Assembly (NCBI GenBank): GCA_021731495.1
Contig: JAKFXG010000010.1
Location: 1-47,708, forward strand
Source of the DNA: Candidatus Parcubacteria bacterium
GTDB taxonomy: Bacteria; Patescibacteriota; Minisyncoccia; Phycocordibacterales; Phycocordibacteraceae
Direction of reading: 5' to 3'
DNA length: 47,708 bases
The first letter of the stretch is position 1, and every line of letters begins with the position of its first letter. Shown in pieces: positions 1 through 7,672 of the stretch. A program made the translations under genes and the position numbers. Under the pieces are notes generated by a model. That model was not told the origin of the DNA. It ran no database searches and saw only the letters and a list, made by a program, of their open reading frames with translations.

Positions 1-2
1 AT

Positions 3-854
3 CTATCGCAGGTCCCTTACACAGGTCTTGATCTTGGACCTTTTGGCACTGTTCTATATTGGCTCGCTCTCGTCGGGCTCGCGCTCACCGCTGCATATTT
101 TATTCTCTTCGTTCTGGTCCCAGCCGTGAATCGTCGTGCGCATAGCTTTGGTTCGCGCGTTTCCGCTGTACTCAATACACGAGAACGTGGACTTGCTCAC
201 GCACCTTCTGTTGCAACAGCGCATCCGCCGGCACGAACCGAAGCACCCGAATCACATGCGGAAGCATCGCCCGAAGCCCCTCGCGGGTATTCATCGTACG
301 ATGGCTTCAAATCCTTCGCGCATAACGGCGCGCTCTCGATTGAGGATATCGTGAAGAGTCTTTCGCGAAAGCATCCTATGATGGAAACTGAGCGGAAAAC
401 AGAGTCGGTCCCAAACGTCGAACCTATGTTTAAAAACATTGAACCAGCGTATGAAAACGTTGAGCCTATCTATGAGAATGTCGAGCCAGTTATGACAACC
501 GATGCCGCCACTGAGACGAGTGCTGTGCCTCCGCATGCTCGTGGATTCGCTGCTGCACTTGTCGAGGGCGATCGTACCGCCGTCTTCGCTGGTCTGCGCC
601 AGCATGTGCGCGGTGGAGGAGCACCGGAACGCCTTATCTCCGAAACCGTCTGTCTTCTTGACGATGTGTACCGTGCGCGTATTGATGGCACTGCTTGTGA
701 CGCCGACCTTGCACGTCTGACGGCGCGCCTTGATACGCCAACTCTGGAGAAGCTCGTTGCGGCGCTCACGACAGCCATTGATGCCAGCTACTCGGCAGGC
801 GTAACGGGTGCAAAACTTGCACTCACTCGTGCACTCTCGGCACTTGGAGCGTAG
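3..854 (+). CDS. hypothetical membrane-anchored protein, 5' end outside window
   Basis: The frame of ORF 126..854 stays open back to nt 3. Before the listed GTG it encodes a hydrophobic helix (GTVLYWLALVGLALTAAYFILFVLV). It contains an internal 7-aa tandem repeat (VEPMFKN/IEPAYEN/VEPIYEN). No family recognised. Confidence 0.5.
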   Translation, partial: LSQVPYTGLDLGPFGTVLYWLALVGLALTAAYFILFVLVPAVNRRAHSFGSRVSAVLNTRERGLAHAPSVATAHPPARTEAPESHAEASPEAPRGYSSYDGFKSFAHNGALSIEDIVKSLSRKHPMMETERKTESVPNVEPMFKNIEPAYENVEPIYENVEPVMTTDAATETSAVPPHARGFAAALVEGDRTAVFAGLRQHVRGGGAPERLISETVCLLDDVYRARIDGTACDADLARLTARLDTPTLEKLVAALTTAIDASYSAGVTGAKLALTRALSALGA

Positions 855-856
855 CG

Positions 857-2131
857 TTACTTACGCGAGCGGATATCCTCGCTCACTTTCGTTATGAAAT
901 CAGACAGGGAAGACACGTCTAGTTTCCCGTGGTCGCGGCTTTCAACCGACAGGGTCTTCGCTTCGACTTCTTTATCTCCGACGACGAGCAGATAGGGAAT
1001 TTTTTCCATCTTAGCGGCTCGTATCTTCTTGCCGAGCGATTCATTTGCATCATCCATATCTGCACGGATGTTCGCCGACTTCAGCGCGTCTACGACTTCC
1101 CTTGCGTACGCATTGTGTTTTTCAGAGACCGGCAATACGCGCGTCTGTACCGGACTAAGCCAGAGCGGGAAGGCGCCGCCGTATTTCTCAATGAGGAAAG
1201 CCATACTGCGCTCGATAGCTCCGATAGAAGAGCGGTGAACAACGAACGCGCGGTGTTTCTCACCATCTTCACCGATATACGTGAGGTCGAACCGGTCTGG
1301 CATACAGAAATCGTATTGCACCGTAAACGCGGTATCCTCCTTCCCGTTCACGTTCTTCATTTGGATGTCTATTTTTGGACCATAGAAAGCGGCCTCATCT
1401 TTTGCTTCCTCAAACCGCGAGCCGCGCTTTTTCATCAACTTGCGCAGGAGGTCTTCCGACTTTTCCCACCCGGCATCATTTTCGTAATATTTTTCTGTAT
1501 TTGCACGATCTCCAAGCGAGAGGCGGTAGCGATAGTCCACATCGAGTGTAAGGCCGAACACCGAAGTGACATATTCGATAAGATCGAGAGCATTACTAAT
1601 CTCACTAACGGCCTGTTCTTCATTTGCGCAAATAATGTGCGCGTCAGAGAGGCAGAATGTTCGAACACGTTGAAGTCCCATGATCTCACCTGATTGTTCA
1701 TAGCGATACAGCTTTGCGAGTTCGGCGATGCGCATCGGCAATTCCCGATAGCTGACTGGCTTGCGTAGGTAGAGCTCAAAATGATGTGGGCACGTCATTG
1801 GTCGAAGCATGAATTGCTCCTTGTCTATCTCGATGGGCGCATACATCGAATCCTTGTAGTGAGGGTAGTGACCACTCTTTTTATATAAATCGAGTTTGGC
1901 AATGTCGGGGGTATACACATGAAAATATCCACGCCTGATTTCTTCATCGACGATAAAACGCTCAAGCTCGCGTCGTATTACGGAACCCTTTGGAGTGAAA
2001 AGAGGGAGCCCCTTGCCAACAGAGTCGGAGAAGCTAAAAAGATCCAGCTCCTTCCCGAGCTTTTTATGGTCGTGTTCTTTGTCTGGTGGCATATCCATAT
2101 CTGCGGAAGATATCATAGCACTTTTAAGCAT
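857..2131 (-). CDS. thrS: threonyl-tRNA synthetase, catalytic plus anticodon-binding domains only
   Basis: Carries HDHKKLGKELDLFSF, RPMTCPHH, LPMRIAELAKLYRYEQSGEIMGLQRVRTFCLSDAHIIC (class II ThrRS core with Zn ligands) and a C-terminal anticodon-binding domain. It is only 424 aa, with about 20 aa before the core. Confidence 0.9.
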   Translation of the reverse strand: MLKSAMISSADMDMPPDKEHDHKKLGKELDLFSFSDSVGKGLPLFTPKGSVIRRELERFIVDEEIRRGYFHVYTPDIAKLDLYKKSGHYPHYKDSMYAPIEIDKEQFMLRPMTCPHHFELYLRKPVSYRELPMRIAELAKLYRYEQSGEIMGLQRVRTFCLSDAHIICANEEQAVSEISNALDLIEYVTSVFGLTLDVDYRYRLSLGDRANTEKYYENDAGWEKSEDLLRKLMKKRGSRFEEAKDEAAFYGPKIDIQMKNVNGKEDTAFTVQYDFCMPDRFDLTYIGEDGEKHRAFVVHRSSIGAIERSMAFLIEKYGGAFPLWLSPVQTRVLPVSEKHNAYAREVVDALKSANIRADMDDANESLGKKIRAAKMEKIPYLLVVGDKEVEAKTLSVESRDHGKLDVSSLSDFITKVSEDIRSRK

Positions 2132-2136
2132 AAGGG

Positions 2137-2173
2137 AAAAAGTGCGTCCCCGGCAGCTGGTGCTGCCGGGGAC
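2137..2173 (-). terminator. intrinsic terminator-like hairpin between the hypothetical gene and thrS
   Basis: On the minus strand the sequence is GTCCCCGGCAGC-ACCA-GCTGCCGGGGAC (12-bp perfect stem), followed by GCACTTTTTCCCTT and then the thrS ATG. Confidence 0.6.
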
Positions 2174-2180
2174 GAAACGA

Positions 2181-2618
2181 TTATCGAACGAAAGGTGAAG
2201 GCTTTACGGAGTTGGTGAACCTCTTTCCTTCATGAGGTTTCGCCGAAGTCCGGTCGTTGTTTGTTCTTCCTGATGCGCACCGTAAAGCGGCTTCCTCGGC
2301 CTTAACGTGCGCGTTCCAGAGTTCGAGGAACTCAAGGATATGCACGCGCTCATCTTCCGAAAATGGTTCGCCGCTGCCGGCAAATCGGCCGAGCGCTGTT
2401 TTCACAGCCCTGAGATTTTTGAGCACGAGGGTTCCTTTGGGATCTCTCCTCCCATTCAGTTCTTTGAGATGAGCGATAAATCGCGCGTATCTCCCGTTGT
2501 CATCGATTTCCTTAATAGCCTTCTTGATGACTTTCCGGATCCCTTCGTGATTCTCGGACAGGTTGTCCGAGAGACGGACAATGTTGGCAGCTTTTTCGCA
2601 ATTGGAGTCGAAACTCAT
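2181..2618 (-). CDS. hypothetical protein
   Basis: 145-aa ORF. It has an SD (AGAGGGG) 7 nt upstream of the ATG, its own TTGACA-N17-TACTCT promoter, and a terminator downstream. Confidence 0.55.
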   Translation of the reverse strand: MSFDSNCEKAANIVRLSDNLSENHEGIRKVIKKAIKEIDDNGRYARFIAHLKELNGRRDPKGTLVLKNLRAVKTALGRFAGSGEPFSEDERVHILEFLELWNAHVKAEEAALRCASGRTNNDRTSAKPHEGKRFTNSVKPSPFVR

Positions 2619-2665
2619 TCAGAAACCCCTCTGTTGGATGAACGTACAAACAAACGTCCTAGGCG

Positions 2666-2694
2666 AGAGTAGTCTTTTAGCCGCCTTTTGTCAA
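2666..2694 (-). promoter_or_regulatory. sigma70-type promoter (TTGACA-N17-TACTCT)
   Basis: Read on the minus strand, -35 TTGACA is at 2694..2689 and -10 TACTCT at 2671..2666, with a 17-nt spacer. It lies about 45 nt upstream of the ATG at 2618. Confidence 0.45.
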
Positions 2695-2697
2695 AAG

Positions 2698-2720
2698 AAT
2701 ACAAGGTTCAACCTTGTATT
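2698..2720. repeat. REP-like palindrome AATACAAGGT-TCA-ACCTTGTATT, probably also the dnaE terminator
   Basis: The arms are identical to the hairpins flanking the RAYT gene at 39.1-39.96 kb. It lies 12 nt past the dnaE stop and is followed by CTTTTG on the minus strand. Confidence 0.6.
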
Positions 2721-2731
2721 ACAGATGTGAT

Positions 2732-5700
2732 TTAGAGCGGCTTGAGCTCTTCTATCGCGAGCGAGGTCTCGCCATTTCTGACCGAGACTTTTCCTTTCAC
2801 GAGGAGGCATGCACCCGGGATTATGGCATTCGCATGTTCTTTGAAAAGCTTCGGAAATACGACCGCCTCAATTGATTCGGTCATGTCTTCCACGGTGAGG
2901 AATGCCATTTTCTCGCCGCTCTTGGTGAGGATGGAGCGCACGACAGAAATGAGCACCGGCAGAATAAGGAGCATCCCCGGCTGCGGCTCTTCCTTCACTT
3001 TTTTTATGGAAAGGTGTGCCTTCTTGGTGATAGCTTCATGCGCCTCAAGCGGGTGGCCTGAGACGTAGATGCCGAGGAGTTCTTTTTCCCAGGAGAGTTT
3101 GTCGATAAGCGATACCGGTTTTCCAGCGGGAAGCGTGAGTGGAGGAGGCGCAATCAAAGCGCCAAAAAGAGAGTCCTGCGGAGCCAGGGCGGTCGCTTCG
3201 CGGTGGAATGCGAGCATGGTTTCAATGTTTTCAAGCAAGGTGCCGCGCCCGCCTATGTCGGCGCTCAGAGAATCAAGCGCACCGCATTTAATGAGTGATT
3301 CAAGCGATTTTCGATTCAGATTTTTCGAGCCGACACGGGAGAGAAAATCAGAAAGCGTTTTGAACGACCCTCGTGCCTTTCGTTCGGAGATGATCGCCTC
3401 TGAAATCCCATCGCCAAAGTTCTTGATGGATGAAAGTCCGAATCTAATGGCATTTACGTGGCCAGTGACCGCTTGCCCCGTTAGAATCGCGCCGTCTTCG
3501 GCGCTGATTTCTAATGGGGTGAAGTCGGTACCGCTTTCATTCACGTCCGGCGGAAGCACGGGGACATTCATACGCTTTGCTTCGGCGACGAAGATGGAGA
3601 TCTGTTCGGTATCGCCTGAATCCGCGGTGAGCAGTGCGGACAGGTACTCGACCGGATAATTTGCCTTCATGTAGGCAGTCTGGTACGCGACTTTGCCGTA
3701 ACTTGCGGCGTGCGCCTTATTGAATCCGTATGCGGCGAAGGGCTCGATAAGTTTCCACAACTTCTCCCCCAGCGATTTAGAAAGTTTCCCGTACTCAATA
3801 AAACCCTTCATTAATTTTTCTTTTTCCGCCTGCATGACTTTCGGGATTTTCTTTCCCATCGCTTTACGAAGCGCATCCGCCTCAAGCCACGAATAGCCGC
3901 CAAGTTTGATGGCGGTCAGAAGCACATCGTCCTGGTACACGAGCGTGCCGTAGGAGAAATCGAGGTACTCTTTCATGCGCGGATCCAGGTAGCGAATAAG
4001 TTTCGGATTATGCTTGCGCTCGATATAACTCGGAATGGTTTCCATCGGTCCCGGGCGGTAGAGCGCCACCATCGCATTGATGTCGTGAATGGTTGTCGGG
4101 CGCAGTTCCTTGAGCCAACGAGTCATGCCGGAGCCGTTCAACTGGAACGTGCCTTCCGTCTCTCCGCGTGCGAGCATCTGATAGGTTGTAGGGTCGTCGA
4201 TGGGGACATTCTCGATGTCGATTTCAACACCGCATGTTTCCTTCACGCGTGCGACTGCGTCGGCGAGGATGGCAAGATTCTTAATACCGAGAAAGTCGAA
4301 TTTTAAGAGACCGACGCCGCCATATTCGTCGGTGATGGAGTACATATCATACTGTGTGATGAGTTTCCCGGTGCCCTTCGGGTCTGGCTGGACGGGCGCC
4401 CATTCGACAAGTGGCGTCGGCGCCACGACAACGCCCGCCGCATGAACACCGACGTGTCGCACACAACCTTCAATGCGTTTGGCGAGATCAATAATTTCTT
4501 TCGCATCATCGTCTTCGTCATACAGTGTTTTCAGGTCCGGCTCGAGTTCAAGCGCGTGGTCGATGGTCATCGGGAATCCCTGGGAGCCGATCGGAATGAG
4601 CTTCGCGATGCGGTCGCCGGTCGTATAGGCGTGGCCGAGCGCCCGTGCGACATCTCGCACGGCTGCACGCGCCATCATGGTGCCGAAGGTGCCGATCTGT
4701 GCGACGTGGTCTTCTCCGTACCGCTGTTTTGTGTATGCGATCATCTCGTCGCGACGATTGTCGGCCATGTCCATGTCGATGTCCGGCGCTTTTGGCCGTT
4801 CGGGGTTGAGAAATCGTTCAAAAGGGAGTTTGTAGAAAAGAGGATTTACGTTCGTGACGCCGATAAGATAGGCGACGAGGCTCCCGGCGGCCGAACCGCG
4901 AGTAGTGGTGAGGATGCCGGCGCGTCGGGCGAATCCGAGCAGGTCGGCGACGATGAGGTAGTACACGGCGAAACCTTTGCCGATGATGATAGCCAATTCA
5001 TATTCGATGCGGTCGGTGACCTCTTTCGATTCTTCGAGCCCGCGTGTGGCGACGCCGGCGTATGCTTTTGCGCGCAACTCCTCGTCGTGGTTCTTGAAAC
5101 CCGCTGACACGGGCACTTCCGGGAAGGTCCATTTACCCAATTCGAAGGACAGGTTGCAACGGTCCGCAATGCTTCGTGTGTTGTCGACCGCGTCGAGCGT
5201 ATCTTTAAAAACCGCGAGCGCGCGTTTTTCGCTGATGAACGAAAAATCCTCTTGCTCGTTCCGTCCGCGCTGGCCCTGCTGAATGCGCCGCATGATCTCG
5301 GTTGCCTCACGGTCATCGGGCTCCAGATAATAGACGTCGTTCTGGGCGACCAACGGCGTATCGGTTTCGCGCGCGAGGGCGATGACTTTTTGCATAAGCG
5401 CCTCATGCCCCTCGACATGCGGGTGGTGCGATATTTCAAGGAAGACGTTTTGTGTTCCGAATATGTCTTTGAATTCCGCAAGCGCGGCCGCAGCGCCGTT
5501 TTCGTCACCGGCTCGCAGGAGTTGCGCAATATCGCCCGCGAAAGAGGGAAGAAGAGTAATGACTCCGCGACGGTGCTCACGCAAGAGTTCTTTATCAATA
5601 CGCGGGCGTTCATAGAATCCCTCTGTCCACGATTTTGTCACAAGCGCGAGAAGATTTTTGTAGCCCTCATTATTTTCCGCGAGGAGGACGATGCGCGAGC

Positions 5701-5959
5701 GTTTTGCATCGATGTTTTGGTCCCGGTCGTGTCGTGAGCGCGGCGCGAGATATGCATCGACGCCGAGGATCGGTTTTATCCCGGCCGCCGTTGCCGTTTT
5801 GTAGAATTCTATTGCGCCGTGCATATTGCCAGCATCGGTAAGCGCGAGCGCGTCCATCCCTTCCGCTTTTGCTTTTTCGACCAGTTCATCCACCTTCGGC
5901 AACGCCTGCAAGAAACTGTAGTGCGAATGCGTATGCAAATGAATGAATCGGCTCGCCAT
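2732..5959 (-). CDS. dnaE: DNA polymerase III alpha subunit
   Basis: 1075 aa. N-terminal PHP motif FIHLHTHSHYSFLQA, the GLLKFDFLGIKNL polymerase core, an HhH region and a C-terminal OB fold. Confidence 0.95.
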   Translation of the reverse strand: MASRFIHLHTHSHYSFLQALPKVDELVEKAKAEGMDALALTDAGNMHGAIEFYKTATAAGIKPILGVDAYLAPRSRHDRDQNIDAKRSRIVLLAENNEGYKNLLALVTKSWTEGFYERPRIDKELLREHRRGVITLLPSFAGDIAQLLRAGDENGAAAALAEFKDIFGTQNVFLEISHHPHVEGHEALMQKVIALARETDTPLVAQNDVYYLEPDDREATEIMRRIQQGQRGRNEQEDFSFISEKRALAVFKDTLDAVDNTRSIADRCNLSFELGKWTFPEVPVSAGFKNHDEELRAKAYAGVATRGLEESKEVTDRIEYELAIIIGKGFAVYYLIVADLLGFARRAGILTTTRGSAAGSLVAYLIGVTNVNPLFYKLPFERFLNPERPKAPDIDMDMADNRRDEMIAYTKQRYGEDHVAQIGTFGTMMARAAVRDVARALGHAYTTGDRIAKLIPIGSQGFPMTIDHALELEPDLKTLYDEDDDAKEIIDLAKRIEGCVRHVGVHAAGVVVAPTPLVEWAPVQPDPKGTGKLITQYDMYSITDEYGGVGLLKFDFLGIKNLAILADAVARVKETCGVEIDIENVPIDDPTTYQMLARGETEGTFQLNGSGMTRWLKELRPTTIHDINAMVALYRPGPMETIPSYIERKHNPKLIRYLDPRMKEYLDFSYGTLVYQDDVLLTAIKLGGYSWLEADALRKAMGKKIPKVMQAEKEKLMKGFIEYGKLSKSLGEKLWKLIEPFAAYGFNKAHAASYGKVAYQTAYMKANYPVEYLSALLTADSGDTEQISIFVAEAKRMNVPVLPPDVNESGTDFTPLEISAEDGAILTGQAVTGHVNAIRFGLSSIKNFGDGISEAIISERKARGSFKTLSDFLSRVGSKNLNRKSLESLIKCGALDSLSADIGGRGTLLENIETMLAFHREATALAPQDSLFGALIAPPPLTLPAGKPVSLIDKLSWEKELLGIYVSGHPLEAHEAITKKAHLSIKKVKEEPQPGMLLILPVLISVVRSILTKSGEKMAFLTVEDMTESIEAVVFPKLFKEHANAIIPGACLLVKGKVSVRNGETSLAIEELKPL

Positions 5960-5966
5960 TGCCCTC

Positions 5967-5975
5967 AGAATAGCA
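5967..5975 (-). promoter_or_regulatory. extended -10 (TGcTATTCT) 7 nt upstream of the dnaE ATG
   Basis: The minus strand reads TGCTATTCT-gagggca-ATG. Confidence 0.45.
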
Positions 5976-6009
5976 AATTAGAGACCCTCCCGTTTATCCG
6001 CTTCCCCTT

Positions 6010-6018
6010 TGTTATGAT
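6010..6018 (+). promoter_or_regulatory. extended -10 (TGtTATGAT) 6 nt upstream of the rnhB ATG
   Basis: TGTTATGAT-tgcgac-ATG. Confidence 0.45.
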
Positions 6019-6024
6019 TGCGAC

Positions 6025-6618
6025 ATGCGATTCATGCTTGGTGTGGATGAGGCCGGACGAGGGCCGCTTGCGGGACCGGTCTCGGTCGGTGTTGTTGCTG
6101 TGCCAGAGGGTTTTGATGTGGTGCGCGAGTTCCCTGGCGTCGCGGACTCCAAGAAACTTTCCGAAAAGAAACGTGAGGAGATTTTTAGCATGCTCGCTGC
6201 AAGAGTTGCCAAAGGCGACGCCCACTTCGCTGTTGAGTTCGAGAATGCGGAGACTATTGATAGAGAAGGTATTGCCCCGGCAGTGCGCAAAGCGCTCTCT
6301 CGCGGTGTGAACGCACTTGCTCCGGACGCAGCGCTTGTGCATGTGCAGCTCGATGGCTCGCTTCGCGCACCGCCGGAATATGCTCAGGAAACCATCATCA
6401 ATGGCGACGAACTTATCCCGATTATTTCGCTTGCCTCGATTGCAGCAAAGGTTTTGCGTGACCGGCTCATGGTTGGGCTGTCTGCCCAATATCCGGAGTA
6501 CGGTTTCGAGAAGCATAAGGGATACGGTACTCGAATACATTACGAAATGCTCAAAAAATACGGTCTGTGTCCTATCCACCGTCGGTCATTTATTCACTTT
6601 GATTTAGGGCGCACATAG
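6025..6618 (+). CDS. rnhB: ribonuclease HII
   Basis: GVDEAGRGPLAGPV active-site motif near the N-terminus. 197 aa, a typical RNase HII length. Confidence 0.9.
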   Translation: MRFMLGVDEAGRGPLAGPVSVGVVAVPEGFDVVREFPGVADSKKLSEKKREEIFSMLAARVAKGDAHFAVEFENAETIDREGIAPAVRKALSRGVNALAPDAALVHVQLDGSLRAPPEYAQETIINGDELIPIISLASIAAKVLRDRLMVGLSAQYPEYGFEKHKGYGTRIHYEMLKKYGLCPIHRRSFIHFDLGRT

Positions 6619-6627
6619 GGTTATAAT
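6599..6627 (+). promoter_or_regulatory. promoter TTGATT-N17-TATAAT
   Basis: -35 TTGATT at 6599..6604 and -10 TATAAT at 6622..6627, immediately after the rnhB stop. Confidence 0.45.
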
Positions 6628-6661
6628 TTACGCTTGTGTCTACCAAGGGGGTTGGCACAGA

Positions 6662-6961
6662 ATGCTCTTTTTGGAGGCTTACGTGGGATCGGGATACGGG
6701 GTAAATAAGTTAATGGCAGGAGAACTCGAGCCACATGCCCTTGTGGCTTTGAGGGATCCTCAAACCGCATTGGGCATATTGGCCAGTGCAGACACTATTA
6801 AGATCAGCAAAGTCGCACTATGCGTATGCTGTCGGAACGTGGGCACCCCGGCGTGCCCTCATGGGGAACAGCGAGTAACTGGCATGTGCGCCGATTACGT
6901 CCTGGACGAACGAGACCCTGTTCGGACCGAGGAAAGGGTTCTAAAATCCCTAACGGGATAA
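6662..6961 (+). CDS. orphan small Cys-rich protein (99 aa); a structured RNA is the alternative
   Basis: The unit has its own promoter, an SD (AAGGGGG) 10 nt upstream of the ATG, and a terminator 22 nt after the stop. The protein contains a Cys cluster, CVCCRNVGTPACPHGEQRVTGMC. Codon choice (tta, cta, ata, agg, cga) differs from neighbouring genes, and several 5-7-bp hairpins are present. Confidence 0.4.
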   Translation: MLFLEAYVGSGYGVNKLMAGELEPHALVALRDPQTALGILASADTIKISKVALCVCCRNVGTPACPHGEQRVTGMCADYVLDERDPVRTEERVLKSLTG

Positions 6962-6982
6962 GTCGTCAATCAATAGACAATG

Positions 6983-7018
6983 AAAGCGCCGCCCTTCGGG
7001 ACGGCGCTTTGATTTTTT
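6983..7018 (+). terminator. intrinsic terminator
   Basis: AAAGCGCCGCCC-TTC-GGGaCGGCGCTTT followed by GATTTTTT. Confidence 0.75.
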
Positions 7019-7028
7019 AACTGCTGCG

Positions 7029-7037
7029 TGATAGGGT
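7029..7037 (+). promoter_or_regulatory. extended -10 (TGaTAGGGT) 7 nt upstream of the rpmF ATG
   Basis: TGATAGGGT-agtccgt-ATG. Confidence 0.4.
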
Positions 7038-7044
7038 AGTCCGT

Positions 7045-7398
7045 ATGTCAATTCGAATGCGCCACACAAAAGGCCACACCGGCAATCGTCGTTCGCACCA
7101 TGCGCTCACGGCCACGACGGTGATCAAGGATAAGGAAAGCGGCAATTCCCGTCTTCCGCACCATCTTGATGAAGTAACCGGCATGTACCGCGGTAAGCAG
7201 ATTGCTCCACCGAAGGTTGCTCGCGTGCATAAGTCGAAACTGAGAGGTCCTTCGACCATGCCAGAAGGTAAGCATGTTCACGAACATGCTCATGAGGAGC
7301 ATATGAATGCCGAAGCAAAAAGCTCAAAAGGAATTGCGGGTAAGGTTGCGACTGGCGGTCGCCCGAAAGCGCGCAGCGGTTTCGGCGGGGGAGTTTAA
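7045..7398 (+). CDS. rpmF: ribosomal protein bL32 with a long C-terminal extension
   Basis: The N-terminus MSIRMRHTKGHTGNRRSHHAL is an L32 signature. The protein is 117 aa, whereas L32 is usually about 60 aa. The tail is His/Lys-rich (HVHEHAHEEHMNAEAKSSK). Confidence 0.85.
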   Translation: MSIRMRHTKGHTGNRRSHHALTATTVIKDKESGNSRLPHHLDEVTGMYRGKQIAPPKVARVHKSKLRGPSTMPEGKHVHEHAHEEHMNAEAKSSKGIAGKVATGGRPKARSGFGGGV

Positions 7399-7402
7399 TG
7401 TA

Positions 7403-7434
7403 AGAAACCTGCTTTCTGAAGCAGGTTTCTTTCT
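7403..7434 (+). terminator. intrinsic terminator after rpmF
   Basis: AGAAACCTGC-tttctgaa-GCAGGTTTCT followed by TTCT. Confidence 0.7.
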
Positions 7435-7449
7435 ACGTGCGCTCGTTCG

Positions 7450-7474
7450 GAAAAGAAAGGCAGCCTTTCTTTTC
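7450..7474. repeat. perfect 11-bp hairpin GAAAAGAAAGG-CAG-CCTTTCTTTTC
   Basis: Read directly from the sequence. It is intergenic, between rpmF and nusB. Confidence 0.6.
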
Positions 7475-7510
7475 ACTCACTCACTTGGTAGTAAATAGTT
7501 GTTCACGCAT

Positions 7511-7545
7511 AAATCACACGGACGTGTTGCACGTCCGTGTGATTT
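7511..7545. repeat. perfect 16-bp hairpin/palindrome AAATCACACGGACGTG-TTG-CACGTCCGTGTGATTT
   Basis: Read directly from the sequence. No T-tract follows. It lies about 130 nt upstream of nusB. Confidence 0.6.
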
Positions 7546-7672
7546 GCTATACCCCGTGGGATAAATTCAAAAACGCGAACGAGTGTGTCTGGGGAGTAAT
7601 TTCCCCAACAGCATTGCGCAATAAGTGGACTGGCATATCTCATGGGGTATACTCAGGAGAATAGATCTTTCC

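Noticed and set aside
4846-5613. 255-aa ORF on the same strand as dnaE but in another frame
   Set aside because: It is nested in dnaE. Its composition is Ser/Arg/Pro-rich low complexity, so it is an alternative-frame artefact.
5965-6579. 204-aa minus-strand ORF overlapping rnhB
   Set aside because: The plus-strand frame carries the RNase HII active-site motif. The minus-strand product has no recognisable features and would leave no room for the dnaE and rnhB promoters.
6634-7018. tmRNA or RNase P RNA identity for the rnhB-rpmF unit
   Set aside because: It lacks a GGGG...CCACCA acceptor pairing, a 7-nt T-loop, and a tag ORF ending in Ala-Ala-stop. The only GAGGAAAG-like string is near the 3' end and has no P4 partner. 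The unit is kept as an unknown CDS or RNA instead.
7437-7664. 75-aa plus-strand ORF between rpmF and nusB
   Set aside because: It is composed largely of the arms of two perfect hairpins and has no start-site signals.
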